This document shows, in pieces, positions 9,709 through 19,919 of a stretch of DNA of 64,000 bases. Each line of letters begins with the position of its first letter. The stretch's first letter is position 1. Origin of the DNA: Methanotrichaceae archaeon. Lineage in GTDB: Archaea > Halobacteriota > Methanosarcinia > Methanotrichales > Methanotrichaceae. The notes under the pieces were generated by a model that worked only from the letters and a program-made list of their open reading frames with translations, did no database searches and was not told the DNA's origin. The stretch spans positions 32,001 to 96,000 of the forward strand of contig CAWDLW010000012.1 of NCBI GenBank assembly GCA_963803145.1, given 5' to 3'. The translations under genes and the position numbers were made by a program.

Positions 9709-10176
9709 TCAGTCTTCGGCCAAAAGCCTTCCATGCCGATCAATCTTACCCTCGGAAATTCGAGTCGAGCTTATTCTCTCGTTGTCCTGAGCAAGCTTAT
9801 ATTCTATCATCGATATTTTTAGGGGCTTCATGCCTCTCTTCTCCCTGAATCGGTTGATCTTCAGCGCCATAGGAAGCGTTTCAGGAGAGACGATGATGTA
9901 ATCAAAGTCTTCATAGATCGATGATCCGCATTTATCATCTATCTTCACGATTCTGACATCATCAATCCCAAATGCCTTTCTCACAGTTTCCTTCAGGTTC
10001 TTCAGCCTTGTCTCGTAATCCTGGACTGGCCTAGTTCTGGTGCTATGGGCCATTTCATCTGAGGTAAGTCCGATGACCACTTCGTCATCTTTGCCAAGCT
10101 CAAAGGCTCTGCTGAGAAGGACGATATGCCCATCATGAATAGGATCGAAGGTGCCGCCAACTGCAACTTTGGCCAT
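9709..10176 (-). CDS. coaD: Phosphopantetheine adenylyltransferase (archaeal/eukaryotic type)
   Basis: VAVGGTFDPIHDGH, GLTSD, IIVSPET, RISSTRI..GKID. Confidence 0.92.
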   Translation of the reverse strand: MAKVAVGGTFDPIHDGHIVLLSRAFELGKDDEVVIGLTSDEMAHSTRTRPVQDYETRLKNLKETVRKAFGIDDVRIVKIDDKCGSSIYEDFDYIIVSPETLPMALKINRFREKRGMKPLKISMIEYKLAQDNERISSTRISEGKIDRHGRLLAED

Positions 10177-10225
10177 ACAGGCCAGGGAATTGAGAGATCT
10201 ATATAAGTATCTGGCGGCAATTCAT

Positions 10226-10651
10226 CTACAGATCTTTACTGCGTTCAAGAATTTCGTTGATGATCCTGTTCGATTTACAGAGAGCACAAGGATCATGGAC
10301 TTCGATCCTTATAATATCGGGGCTGAGTCCGCGTCCGTCTAGCTGCGCTCGAAGAACTTCTGGGTTGAAATGCTGGTCATACCCGAGAGTTATAATATCA
10401 GGCTTAAGCTGCTCAACGGGTATCATAAAATCTGATTCGTGCCCAAGAACCGCAAGATCCACGATTTTGAGTGCATTGACCATCATCAGCCTCTGGTCCT
10501 CTGGAATAATTGGTTTGGGCTTATGCTTCACGTTTACATCCCTTGCCACTACTACTACAAGCTCATCGCCAAACGCCCTTGACTCCTCCAGATAAAGCAG
10601 GTGGCCCGGATGAAGGATATCAAATGTGCCTGTTGCCATTACGCGAGTCAA
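10226..10651 (-). CDS. ribL: Archaeal FAD synthase
   Basis: VMATGTFDILHPGH, VARD, PDIITLGYDQ and C-terminal Cys pair. Confidence 0.9.
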   Translation of the reverse strand: MTRVMATGTFDILHPGHLLYLEESRAFGDELVVVVARDVNVKHKPKPIIPEDQRLMMVNALKIVDLAVLGHESDFMIPVEQLKPDIITLGYDQHFNPEVLRAQLDGRGLSPDIIRIEVHDPCALCKSNRIINEILERSKDL

Positions 10652-11091
10652 TGATTTCCCTCATAAAGGTCGTCATCTATATCTTCGTCATCAAAGCCAT
10701 CATCTTCAAACTCGACATCCAGCACAGGCAGGCTTCGGCGTTCACCTAAAACGTTGTAACATGCCCAGCTGCGCTCATTAAATGGCGGGCCGACGATGAT
10801 ATGATAGTCGCCAGTCCGTGAGAAGAAAATAAGATCCTGTTGCGAGGGCATTATGTTTGCCGAGGGGTGGCTGTGAACAGAGCCGACTACCATGATGTTC
10901 GGAAGCATATAGAGTCTGATAAGAGCGCTCATCCTTGAGGACTCAGTTCCCGGAATGACGAGAACCTCTGTAATTATCTCCTTATCAGCCTGAAGAAGGC
11001 CTGCGAACTCATGGGGCATTGAGGATTTTGATGCCTCAAGGATAAAATCCAATGTGTCTTTTGCTATCCCTTGAACCTTTTTCTTGCTCAA
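10648..11091 (-). CDS. JAB/MPN (JAMM) metalloprotease
   Basis: PHEFAGLL and GSVHSHPS....PSQQD JAMM motif. Confidence 0.9.
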   Translation of the reverse strand: MSKKKVQGIAKDTLDFILEASKSSMPHEFAGLLQADKEIITEVLVIPGTESSRMSALIRLYMLPNIMVVGSVHSHPSANIMPSQQDLIFFSRTGDYHIIVGPPFNERSWACYNVLGERRSLPVLDVEFEDDGFDDEDIDDDLYEGNH

Positions 11092-12056
11092 GCTGTCTCA
11101 CTTCCGCGCAGATTTCTGAGGTGGATGCAGTCGCCTGCAACTACACGTAACAGATTTCCTGAAGCTTTAATTAGCAGAGCGCCATCCTCTGATAAGGATA
11201 CTGCCTCGCCATCGAAATCGCCTGCAGCTGAATTAATTCTCACACGCCTCCCGAGAGTCGCTGATCTGTCGCACCACTCATGGTAGATCTCCTGTGAGTC
11301 AATCTTGTAGTATGCATCCTCAATCTCCGCAAGGACTCTTTGTATCAGATCAGCCCTCGATATCTCCGAGCCAAGCTCCATCGAAATCGATGTTGCATTC
11401 CACTCGTTGGGAAAAGCCTTGACATCAACGTTTGCATTGATGCCTATTCCGACGATGGCATGCTCAAGCATATCAATCTCGGCGCTGATCTCCATCAGTA
11501 TACCGCAAACTTTGCGGTCGTTTATGAGCAGGTCATTAGGCCATTTTATGCTCGTCTTTAGGCCATAAAGGCCGGCAATTGCCTTTGAAAGTGCAACACT
11601 GACGGCCATATTGACTTTATAGGCATGGGCAAGTGCAATCTTCGGTTTAAGAATAAGGCTCATCCATATGCCACCGGGCGGCGAAGCCCAAGCTCTGGCC
11701 ATGCGGCCTCGGCCTTCAGTTTGCATTTCTGCCAGAACTACTGTTCCATCATCGCAGCTTCTGGCTATGGACCTTGCGACCTCGTTTGTAGATTTAACTT
11801 CTTGATAGCAGTGAACGCTATGGCCTATGAACTTGGTATTAAGTCCTGAACATATCCGGCTAGCATCGAGAATATCGGGGCTATAAGCCAGCCTGTAGCC
11901 TTTATTGGTCGAGGATTCAATCCTATACCCTCTTGATCTGAGATTCTTTATCTGTTTCCAGATTGCGGCTCTGGAGATGCCCAGTCGTTGGGCCATCTCT
12001 TCTCCCGATACCCATGATCCCGATCGTAGATAATCGAGCGTTTCCTCATTTCCCAA
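11088..12056 (-). CDS. birA: Bifunctional biotin-protein ligase/repressor
   Basis: N-terminal HTH (SGEEMAQRLGISRAAIWKQI); QTEGRGR, IKWPND, KVCGIL, GIGINAN. Confidence 0.95.
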   Translation of the reverse strand: MGNEETLDYLRSGSWVSGEEMAQRLGISRAAIWKQIKNLRSRGYRIESSTNKGYRLAYSPDILDASRICSGLNTKFIGHSVHCYQEVKSTNEVARSIARSCDDGTVVLAEMQTEGRGRMARAWASPPGGIWMSLILKPKIALAHAYKVNMAVSVALSKAIAGLYGLKTSIKWPNDLLINDRKVCGILMEISAEIDMLEHAIVGIGINANVDVKAFPNEWNATSISMELGSEISRADLIQRVLAEIEDAYYKIDSQEIYHEWCDRSATLGRRVRINSAAGDFDGEAVSLSEDGALLIKASGNLLRVVAGDCIHLRNLRGSETA

Positions 12057-12057
12057 G

Positions 12058-13542
12058 CTAGCTCTTCTCCTTTGATTTATTCATCGACATATAAGATCCG
12101 ACGGCTGCAGAGATCGCTGCTACCTTGCGGTTATCTGCACCGAGCGCGGATGCGAGCGATTTGCCTTTCTCATAGTCTTCTGATGCTACTTTCTTGACCG
12201 CCTCGATGATGTTCTCATCTTTGATGAAATGAGTGTTGATATCTCCGCGCCTGAACCTATCATTTCTGAGAACTGCCTTATGGAATATTATATTCGTCTG
12301 GACGCCCACGATTATGTACTCGTAGAGGGCGCGCTCCATCCTGGCTATGGCCTCTTTTCGATCTCTGCCATGGGCTACAAGCTTGGATATAAGTGAATCG
12401 TAATATGGAGGTATGACGTATCCGGTATAAACGCCGCTGTCAACCCTGATTCCCGGTCCTCCAGGGCTTCTGTACCTCTTGATCTTTCCAGGTGAGGGCA
12501 TGAAGTCATTCAATGGGTCCTCGGCGTTGATCCTGCACTCGATGGCCCAGCCGTGTATTTGCATTTCGTCCTGAGAGAAACCGAGATCTTCGCCAGATGC
12601 GATGAGAATCTGCTCTTTTGCCAGATCCACGCCGGTGACCATCTCAGTTATAGGATGCTCGACCTGAAGTCGCGTATTCATCTCCAGGAAGTAAAAATCG
12701 CCACGGGAATACATGAACTCTACAGTGCCTGCGCTTACATAGCCTATAGCTTTTGCAGCCTTAACCGCTATGGAGCCCATCCTTTCACGAAGTTCTGGAG
12801 TCATGACAGGCGAAGGAGATTCTTCGATGAGCTTCTGGTGCCGGCGCTGGATAGAGCATTCCCTATCGGAGACGTATATTGTACTGCCCTTCTTGTCTGC
12901 CAGCACCTGGAACTCAATATGCCTCGGCTCTGTCAGGTACTTTTCGATATAAATTGTGTCATCTCCGAAGGCGCTTTTAGCCACTGTCTGAGAATAGCTC
13001 AGCGCTGAGCCGAGATCGTCGCGGTTATCGACAATCTTCATTCCTATTCCGCCGCCTCCTGCAGCAGGCTTCAGTATGACGGGATAGCCTATGCTATCTG
13101 CGATATCTGCGGCCTCCTCGGGGTCAGAGATGCCTTCCTCAATGCCAGGGACAATAGGAACGCCTGCCTCCTTCATTGTTTTGCGGGCTGAGATCTTAGA
13201 ACCCATAGCATCTATGGCGCTGCTCGGCGGGCCTATGAATACTATGCCGTTCTGCTCACAAGCAGAGGCAAAGCGGGTGTTCTCGGAAAGGAAGCCGTAT
13301 CCTGGATGAATGGCCTCGGCGCCCGTCTCCTGTGCGGCATTGATGATATTATCTATTTTCAGATAGCTTTGGGACGAAGGCGCGGGCCCAATGTAAACAG
13401 CCTCATCTGCATACTTGGCGAACAGGGCATTCTTATCTGCTTCGGAGTAGACTGCCACTGTCGAGATGCCAAGCTCCCTGCAGGCTCTCATGATCCTTAT
13501 GGCGATCTCCCCGCGGTTGGCGATCAGGATCTTGTTGAACAT
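12058..13542 (-). CDS. pycA: Pyruvate carboxylase subunit A (biotin carboxylase)
   Basis: [42 protein letters not shown]; ATG at 13542 preferred over the track start. Confidence 0.9.
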   Translation of the reverse strand: MFNKILIANRGEIAIRIMRACRELGISTVAVYSEADKNALFAKYADEAVYIGPAPSSQSYLKIDNIINAAQETGAEAIHPGYGFLSENTRFASACEQNGIVFIGPPSSAIDAMGSKISARKTMKEAGVPIVPGIEEGISDPEEAADIADSIGYPVILKPAAGGGGIGMKIVDNRDDLGSALSYSQTVAKSAFGDDTIYIEKYLTEPRHIEFQVLADKKGSTIYVSDRECSIQRRHQKLIEESPSPVMTPELRERMGSIAVKAAKAIGYVSAGTVEFMYSRGDFYFLEMNTRLQVEHPITEMVTGVDLAKEQILIASGEDLGFSQDEMQIHGWAIECRINAEDPLNDFMPSPGKIKRYRSPGGPGIRVDSGVYTGYVIPPYYDSLISKLVAHGRDRKEAIARMERALYEYIIVGVQTNIIFHKAVLRNDRFRRGDINTHFIKDENIIEAVKKVASEDYEKGKSLASALGADNRKVAAISAAVGSYMSMNKSKEKS

Positions 13543-13777
13543 CCCCAACTGAAATGTTTTGCCAAGGTAAAACCTTTTTGGAGAGGACTATACCCGATGG
13601 CTCAAATGGTGTTAAGCTGGAACTGAAATAGCATTTGTTCATCTTTGCGACAAAACGAACAAACAAAAACCTCAAAGACACAAAGAAAATCTTGGATCAA
13701 TATGTATGGTATGACCTTATAGATAGATAAAACAAGAGATTGGTCGCTAGGAAAAATCTATGAATAGATGATGCAAC

Positions 13778-14332
13778 TTAGATTATGCCTTTGACCTTTA
13801 GGGCGCCTTTTATCTCGGCCATCTCGCCCTCAACCTTTTCGAACCTTTTATCCAGATAGCCTTTGAAATCGCACCTCGCGCCTTTGATCTCATCCAGCAG
13901 CTCGCCCTGCTTCCCAAGCATCAAGTCCATCTTTCCGCTCAGATCGCCAAAGCCCCTATCCATTTTTCCGCCGATATCCTGGAAGCCATCCTTTACTACT
14001 ACTATGAGATCTTTCACGATTGCAGCGCCTTGATCCAGGCGCTCATCGATTTCGCCTCGGTTGACAAGCTTATAGAATGCCTCATAATCGCCGGTTGCAT
14101 CCGAGAACTCTTGAGTTATAGAGTAGACATGGATAAGGGAATCTTTTATGTCAATGGCATCAACAAAGGCCCTCAGGTTTGCTACGCTTCCTTCAGCGAT
14201 TATCTTCACCCTGCCGTCATCAAGGTTCTGGACAGATCCTTTGATGCCGAGAATCCTGGCGATCTCGACAACTCTGGAACGATAGCCCGTCCTCTGGACT
14301 CTGCCTGAGACATATGCAGTCAGCCTTCTCAT
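13778..14332 (-). CDS. Acylphosphatase domain + C-terminal coiled coil
   Basis: VSGRVQRTGYR and GSVQNLDDGRV (catalytic Arg/Asn positions kept); about 90-aa heptad-rich tail. Confidence 0.85.
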   Translation of the reverse strand: MRRLTAYVSGRVQRTGYRSRVVEIARILGIKGSVQNLDDGRVKIIAEGSVANLRAFVDAIDIKDSLIHVYSITQEFSDATGDYEAFYKLVNRGEIDERLDQGAAIVKDLIVVVKDGFQDIGGKMDRGFGDLSGKMDLMLGKQGELLDEIKGARCDFKGYLDKRFEKVEGEMAEIKGALKVKGII

Positions 14333-14503
14333 TATGTAGACGTTTGCTGCCTTTTATTATAAGGTTAACTATTACATCGATTACAGCGACCTTCGTGGAA
14401 TAAACCATAAATTATCTGAGATTGATAATTATACTTCGATAATAGTAGTAGGCAAAAGATTATACGCCTGACGGCATTCTACTTCATAGGGAGGTCTGAG
14501 TGA

Positions 14504-14746
14504 ATGGGGAACACTATTGCCATACTGGCGGGCATCCTCATCGTTATTGCGGGCATTGCGCTGTTGGGTGTGCAGATGATGGAGAACAACGGCAAAGATA
14601 TCCAGGAACATAATTTTACACTCATAAGCGCTGAAGTCGGGTCCTCCAGGTTGCATATAGAGACCGGCTTTCTCGGAGTGCCATTGATAGTCCTGGGAAT
14701 GTTCCTCCTGATTATAGGCGCGATTGTATCGCGAGGCAGTCAATAA
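14504..14746 (+). CDS. Small two-TM membrane protein
   Basis: Two hydrophobic helices; GGAGG element upstream of ATG. Confidence 0.65.
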   Translation: MGNTIAILAGILIVIAGIALLGVQMMENNGKDIQEHNFTLISAEVGSSRLHIETGFLGVPLIVLGMFLLIIGAIVSRGSQ

Positions 14747-14861
14747 ATCAACGAGTGAATCGACGAAACGATGAGCCGATAAACCGATGGCAGACCTGGC
14801 CAAAAGATATAGCCAGAGAAAATGGATATAGATTTAATCCAATAGAGCCAAAGTCTGAGGC

Positions 14862-15290
14862 ATGAAGCCTAGGGAGCTATCATCTGAGGAGTGCGCTGTT
14901 CTGCTGTCCGCAGGCAGATACGGTAGGCTGGGCTTATCTCTGAATGATATGCCCTACATCGTTCCTATGTCATATGTTTATTCAAACGGCAGGATTTACC
15001 TTCATTCAAGGGGAGGAGGAAAGAAGGTTGAGATTGTAACGAAAAATCCGTTTGTCTGCTTTGAGGTAGATCACTTGGATAAAAACCGATGGTCAAGCGT
15101 CGTTGTCTATGGAAATGTCAGCCTTTCATCAGATATCGAAGCCAAGGCCAGGATGTTCAGTGCCTTTACCAACAAGGATTTGGGAGGGCATGCTGGAAAG
15201 CAATTCAAGAAGGAAGATCTCGAGAAGATGGAGATGACAATCTGGGAGATCGAGATCAAAGAGATGACCGGAAGAGAGGGCGTCTGGTGA
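14862..15290 (+). CDS. Pyridoxamine 5'-phosphate oxidase/NimA-like flavin-binding protein
   Basis: GRLGL...PYIVPMSY...IYLHS...GKK....KNPFVCFEVD...WSSVVVYG. Confidence 0.88.
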   Translation: MKPRELSSEECAVLLSAGRYGRLGLSLNDMPYIVPMSYVYSNGRIYLHSRGGGKKVEIVTKNPFVCFEVDHLDKNRWSSVVVYGNVSLSSDIEAKARMFSAFTNKDLGGHAGKQFKKEDLEKMEMTIWEIEIKEMTGREGVW

Positions 15291-15298
15291 GTTGGTAA

Positions 15299-16858
15299 AT
15301 GCCTGATGCGACAGAGCGGAAAGCGATAAAATGGACTGAGAAATATAGGCCTGAATCGCTCAAGGGGATACTGGGAAACAATAAAGCCGTATCTGAGCTG
15401 CGCGGATGGGCCGAATCCTGGGAAGCTGGATCTCCAATCACCGGGGCGGTCATCCTCTATGGTTCTGCAGGCGTTGGAAAGACCTCAGCTGCTCTCGCAT
15501 TGGCTCGCGAGATGGATTGGGACTATGTCGAGATGAATGCGAGCGACATACGAACCGCGGGAGCAATAGATAGTATCGCAGGCCCGGCATCTAAGAGCAG
15601 CACTTTTTCGGGCCACAGAAGGCTGGTGGTGTTGGATGAGGCAGACAACCTCCACGGGAATGCCGATCGGGGCGGTGCTGCTGCAATGCTCCGATTGGTG
15701 CGAAGCACAGGCCAGCCCGTTATCCTGATAGCAAATGAATACTATGAAATTGAGAAGCCTTTGCGTGATGCCACAAAGGGCATCCAGTTCAGGTCCATCC
15801 ACACTAGCACCGTAGCTGCTGCGCTTCGTGAGATCTGCAAGAATGAGGACATCTCCTGCGATCCTGATGCACTGCAGCTCATCGCTGAGCGGGCTGGAGG
15901 AGACCTTAGGAGCGCGATCAACGACCTTCAGGCAGCAGCAGAGGGCCAGTCGGAGCTGAAGCTTGAGGATGTCGCAACTGCAGAGCGAGATGTCAAATCA
16001 TCAATCTTCAAAGTTTTGGAGATCATATTCAAAGGAAGCAATGCAGTTGAGGCCATGAAAGGGTCATACAGTTTGGATGAGAGCCCTGAGGATCTTATTC
16101 AATGGATAGACGAGAACATGCCGCTTGTCTACGAAGGCGGAGATCTTTTCAGGGGATACGATCGCCTTTCAAGAGCCGACGTCTTTCTCGGCAGGGTGCG
16201 CCGGAGACAGAACTATGGCCTCTGGCGCTATGCGAGCTTCCTCATGACTGGAGGAGTTCAGGCTGCCAGGGAGAATCGCAGGCACGGCTATATTGCATTC
16301 AGGCCGCCCGGGCTGTGGCGCAGGATGGGCCAGAGCCGCAAGGCCCGCAGCGTTCGCGATTCTGCTGCAAAGAAGATTGCCCAGAAATGCCACATTTCCA
16401 TCGCCTATGCCAGGGTTGAGCTGATGGGCTTTATCGGACTATTGCTGAAGGACAAGAGGCTTGCGCCGAAGGTTGCAGCCGAGCTTGGCCTGGATGCTGA
16501 AGAGATCGCTCTATTAATGGGAAGCACCTCGACGACCAAGAAGGTGCAGACAATCTTCGAGGAGGCACAAAGGCTACGCGAAGAGGAGCGCATCGAGGAC
16601 ATAGAGTTTTCATGGCGTGGGTCTGAGGAGAGATCGCTGGAGAAGACATCGGAAGGGACATTGGAGGAGACAGGAGCGGAGGTAAAGCCTGCTATAACTT
16701 CTGTACCCAAGGCCGAGGAATTGCCTCAAAAGCCCAGAAGGGGAAGGCCCTCGAAGTCTGGGAAACCAAAGGATGATCCGGAGCCTGAGAAGGACCCTAA
16801 CGTTAGGACGGTGGCAGATAAAGCTAGCAAAAGACAGAAGTCGCTGTTTGAGTTTTGA
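15299..16858 (+). CDS. rfcL: Replication factor C large subunit
   Basis: WTEKYRP, Walker A GSAGVGKT, EMNASD, LDEAD, GDLRSAINDLQ, C-terminal PIP box QKSLFEF. Confidence 0.95.
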   Translation: MPDATERKAIKWTEKYRPESLKGILGNNKAVSELRGWAESWEAGSPITGAVILYGSAGVGKTSAALALAREMDWDYVEMNASDIRTAGAIDSIAGPASKSSTFSGHRRLVVLDEADNLHGNADRGGAAAMLRLVRSTGQPVILIANEYYEIEKPLRDATKGIQFRSIHTSTVAAALREICKNEDISCDPDALQLIAERAGGDLRSAINDLQAAAEGQSELKLEDVATAERDVKSSIFKVLEIIFKGSNAVEAMKGSYSLDESPEDLIQWIDENMPLVYEGGDLFRGYDRLSRADVFLGRVRRRQNYGLWRYASFLMTGGVQAARENRRHGYIAFRPPGLWRRMGQSRKARSVRDSAAKKIAQKCHISIAYARVELMGFIGLLLKDKRLAPKVAAELGLDAEEIALLMGSTSTTKKVQTIFEEAQRLREEERIEDIEFSWRGSEERSLEKTSEGTLEETGAEVKPAITSVPKAEELPQKPRRGRPSKSGKPKDDPEPEKDPNVRTVADKASKRQKSLFEF

Positions 16859-16901
16859 TGATCTATCATTGAAAAACCGTCAAATGCTTCTCATAGATAT
16901 G

Positions 16902-16953
16902 TTCCCCGCTTGCGGGGTCAGGGGCAGCCCGCGCGGCGCCTGAGCGCGCCCCG
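16902..16953 (+). repeat. REP-like repeat, copy D
   Basis: TTCCCCGCTTGCGGGGTCAGGGGCAGCCCGCGCGGCGCCTGAGCGCGCCCC; same core as copies A-C. Confidence 0.8.
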
Positions 16954-17074
16954 TCACCGCCTTCGCGCGAGATCCCCAGACGCGCGGGTCTCCCAAAAAG
17001 TATGCCATTAGCCTTTCGAGCCTAAAAATATGGACGATGCCTTTTAACTTAGTATACCAATATTAGATCTCCAG

Positions 17075-17392
17075 GTGAGTTGAATAAAGAAGACGATCCA
17101 ACCTGCCTCGGTATCGATAGGAGCTAAGATCGCAGCGGCTGGGGCTGCACAGATCCGGGAATTGATTGAAGCTGGAGTTTATCTAAATGAGTCCAATTTT
17201 GTGAGAGATGCTATTAGGCATCGATTATCGGAGATCAAAGTAATAAAATGCGGGGATGTCGATTATGAGACCGCTAAGAAAGAGGTCTTGGGCTATTTTA
17301 AGAGCCGAGGTGAAGCCTATCCTGATGACGCCTTCGAGGATCTCGTGCTTGATTTCGACCGTTGTTCCCCAGCATACACTCTTATCCTATAA
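17075..17392 (+). pseudogene. Ribbon-helix-helix (CopG-like) antitoxin/regulator remnant
   Basis: Frame reads SVSIGAKI...QIRELIEAGVYLNESNFVRDAIRHRL; in-frame TGA two codons after the likely GTG start; C-terminus looks truncated; no toxin follows. Confidence 0.6.
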
Positions 17393-17547
17393 GGTATCTG
17401 CGAAGGAAAACTGAAAAAATAGAATTGAGTGTACCCTTCTGGGAACCACTGTTATTAGAACCTTAACTCTCACATGGAAGGGAATACCAAAGATAAGCAT
17501 ATATATTGGACTTGGGTATAACAGCTAAAATAAGGAGGGGCAGTTGT

Positions 17548-18414
17548 ATGTCCCATCAGGAAGTTTCATTAAATAAGGAAAAACTCGTCTTGACTCCTGG
17601 TGGTGTCAGGCCAAAGTCCAATGTACACCTGATTGAACCAGGCTATAGTTTGCACTTAAATGAAGGAAAGCTGCAAAAGATCGGTCCGTCTGGGCGTGTC
17701 AAGGAGGATTTTGATCTAGCTATGCATCCCCCCGAGGATGCGTCTGTGAGGCTTGACGAAGCCATCCCCGAGTCAAGTGATGAACTTGGTCCAGGGTGGA
17801 TCGCTTGGGCTGAATGGGACAACGATACAGGAAACCCCATAACTTATTTCAGCACCACCTGGGTCGTTCCACCTCCGCCGGAGGCAAAATCGGATCAGCT
17901 AATCTATCTCTTTAACGGTCTCCAGAACCCGGATCGCACCTGGATACTTCAACCTGTTTTGCAATGGGGAGTCTCTGATATCGGTGGTGGCGACTTCTGG
18001 GGGATTGGGAGTTGGTTCGTTGAACGAGGAGGACATGCTTGCTCTAGTCAACTTATCCCAGTCAATCCTGGTGATGTCTTATATGGGATTATTTCAGTTG
18101 GATATCAATCGGAAGATTTAATTCAATATAAATGCGAATTTCGGGGATTTGCCCAAACGTGCCTCTGGACAACCTTTAATGAACTCACATCATGTTGCCA
18201 AGCTCTGGAAGTTTATTCACCGGGCAAACGTTGCAGAAGTCCTGATTACCCGAATACGCCTTTCACATCATTTCAAGCGATAGACATCAAGACTGGAACA
18301 ATAAACCCGAAAGTAAGCTGGTCGCCTAAAGTTATCGAGACTAACTCTAGACAACGTGCCGAGGTGGCAAATAAAGCGAATCCCGGCGGCGAGGTTATTA
18401 TATATTATAGATAG
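17548..18414 (+). CDS. Uncharacterised protein, possible glutamic peptidase (G1-like) with pro-region
   Basis: ATG at 17548 after AGGAGG; LTPGGVRPKSNVH pro-like segment; FSTTWVVP, YLFNGLQ, ILQPVLQWG and ALEVY motifs. Confidence 0.55.
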   Translation: MSHQEVSLNKEKLVLTPGGVRPKSNVHLIEPGYSLHLNEGKLQKIGPSGRVKEDFDLAMHPPEDASVRLDEAIPESSDELGPGWIAWAEWDNDTGNPITYFSTTWVVPPPPEAKSDQLIYLFNGLQNPDRTWILQPVLQWGVSDIGGGDFWGIGSWFVERGGHACSSQLIPVNPGDVLYGIISVGYQSEDLIQYKCEFRGFAQTCLWTTFNELTSCCQALEVYSPGKRCRSPDYPNTPFTSFQAIDIKTGTINPKVSWSPKVIETNSRQRAEVANKANPGGEVIIYYR

Positions 18415-18589
18415 GCACAGGCCAATCTTTTTAAAATTCTTTTCAAATATATGGGAGCTTATGTATCTATTGAGGGATATACCATCAGATGACCAAACTA
18501 ACCGCAACTTAAGGGTTAATGCATTGAGATTCTTTAGCTGGATCGTAGAATAACAACACATTTGTCCTAAAAGGGCGATAATACAATCC

Positions 18590-19909
18590 ATGTCTCGTCT
18601 CACTCCCGCACACGCAACTCTTGATGATTGGATTGCACGTGAGGCAATTCCTTTCTCCATCGATTCCCCCAAAACCTTCAACGCCACTGTCGATAAGGTG
18701 ATCGCCTCCCTTGGTGTCTCAGTTGAGCTGCTTGGCCTCGGAGAGGCGCTCCATGGCGGAGAGGATATTCTCATACTCCGCAACCGGCTCTTCCAGCGCC
18801 TGGTTGAGGCACATGGCTACAGCGCTATTGCCGTTGAGAGTAGTTTCCCTCGGGCGCATGTAGTGAATGAATACGTGGCCGGTAGAGGTCCGGCATCGTA
18901 TGAAGCTGTGCAGGAGATTGGATTTAGCCATGGCTTCGGCAAGCTTGAGGCGAATCGAGAGCTTGTTGAGTGGATGAGGGCATACAATGCTCATCCTTCA
19001 CATAGCATCAAACTACAGTTCTACGGCTTCGATAGTCCGACAGAAATGATGAGCACCGATAGCCCAAGACAGCTTCTGCATTTTGTTCTCGATTATCTTG
19101 CCTCGATTGATAGTGCCAGCTCTGAGAAGCATAGAGGACGCATAGATCCGCTTCTTGGCCAGGATGCCTATTGGGAGAATCCTGCTGCAATGATGGACCC
19201 GACGAAGTCGATAGGCCTGTCACCAGCTGCTACGGCGCTCCGGATTGAAACGGAGAATCTCATTATGGAACTGCGCTTACGCCGTCCCGAATTGGTGGCT
19301 AAAGGCGATGAGAGCCGTTATTTGGAGGCAGTGCATTATGCAACGGCTGCACGGCAGCTGCTGAACTACCATGCCGTACTAGCCCGAACATCCAGCAAAC
19401 CAGGCGAAAGGCTTGTCGAGGGTCTAGGCCTTCGTGATGTGATGATGGCAGATAATCTTGAGTACATTGTGTCCCGTGAGCTTGATCGGGGAAAGGTGCT
19501 GGCATTCGCTCACAACAGCCATCTACAGCGTGGAAAGGCACAATGGCAACTGGGCGCTGATCTACTTATTTGGTGGCCAGCTGGAGCGCAGTTGAGTGAG
19601 ATGCTCGGCTCACGCTATGCCGTCATAGGAACGGCAATGGGCACTTCTGATGCCAATGGCATCGGCGAGCCCGAAGCTGGCACTCTTGAGGCGAGACTGA
19701 CCTCAGTACCAGGGCCAGTGATGTTCATTCCAACTCATAAAGGAGAAGGGCTTCCCGCCTCGGAAACAGCAGCTCTTCCGATTCGATCTGGCAGTATGAA
19801 GAACCAGACCTACTTTCCGCTAACTCCTCAAAGCTTCACCGATTTCGACTGGCTGGGTGTACTAGATAAAACGGCATACGTACGCGGTGGACCCCCGCTG
19901 CAACAGTAG
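18590..19909 (+). CDS. Erythromycin esterase family protein
   Basis: LGLGEALHG, GYSAIAVES, LVEWMRAYN, FYGFD, RDVMMADN, AHNSH. Confidence 0.9.
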   Translation: MSRLTPAHATLDDWIAREAIPFSIDSPKTFNATVDKVIASLGVSVELLGLGEALHGGEDILILRNRLFQRLVEAHGYSAIAVESSFPRAHVVNEYVAGRGPASYEAVQEIGFSHGFGKLEANRELVEWMRAYNAHPSHSIKLQFYGFDSPTEMMSTDSPRQLLHFVLDYLASIDSASSEKHRGRIDPLLGQDAYWENPAAMMDPTKSIGLSPAATALRIETENLIMELRLRRPELVAKGDESRYLEAVHYATAARQLLNYHAVLARTSSKPGERLVEGLGLRDVMMADNLEYIVSRELDRGKVLAFAHNSHLQRGKAQWQLGADLLIWWPAGAQLSEMLGSRYAVIGTAMGTSDANGIGEPEAGTLEARLTSVPGPVMFIPTHKGEGLPASETAALPIRSGSMKNQTYFPLTPQSFTDFDWLGVLDKTAYVRGGPPLQQ

Positions 19910-19919
19910 GGCGCGCTAA

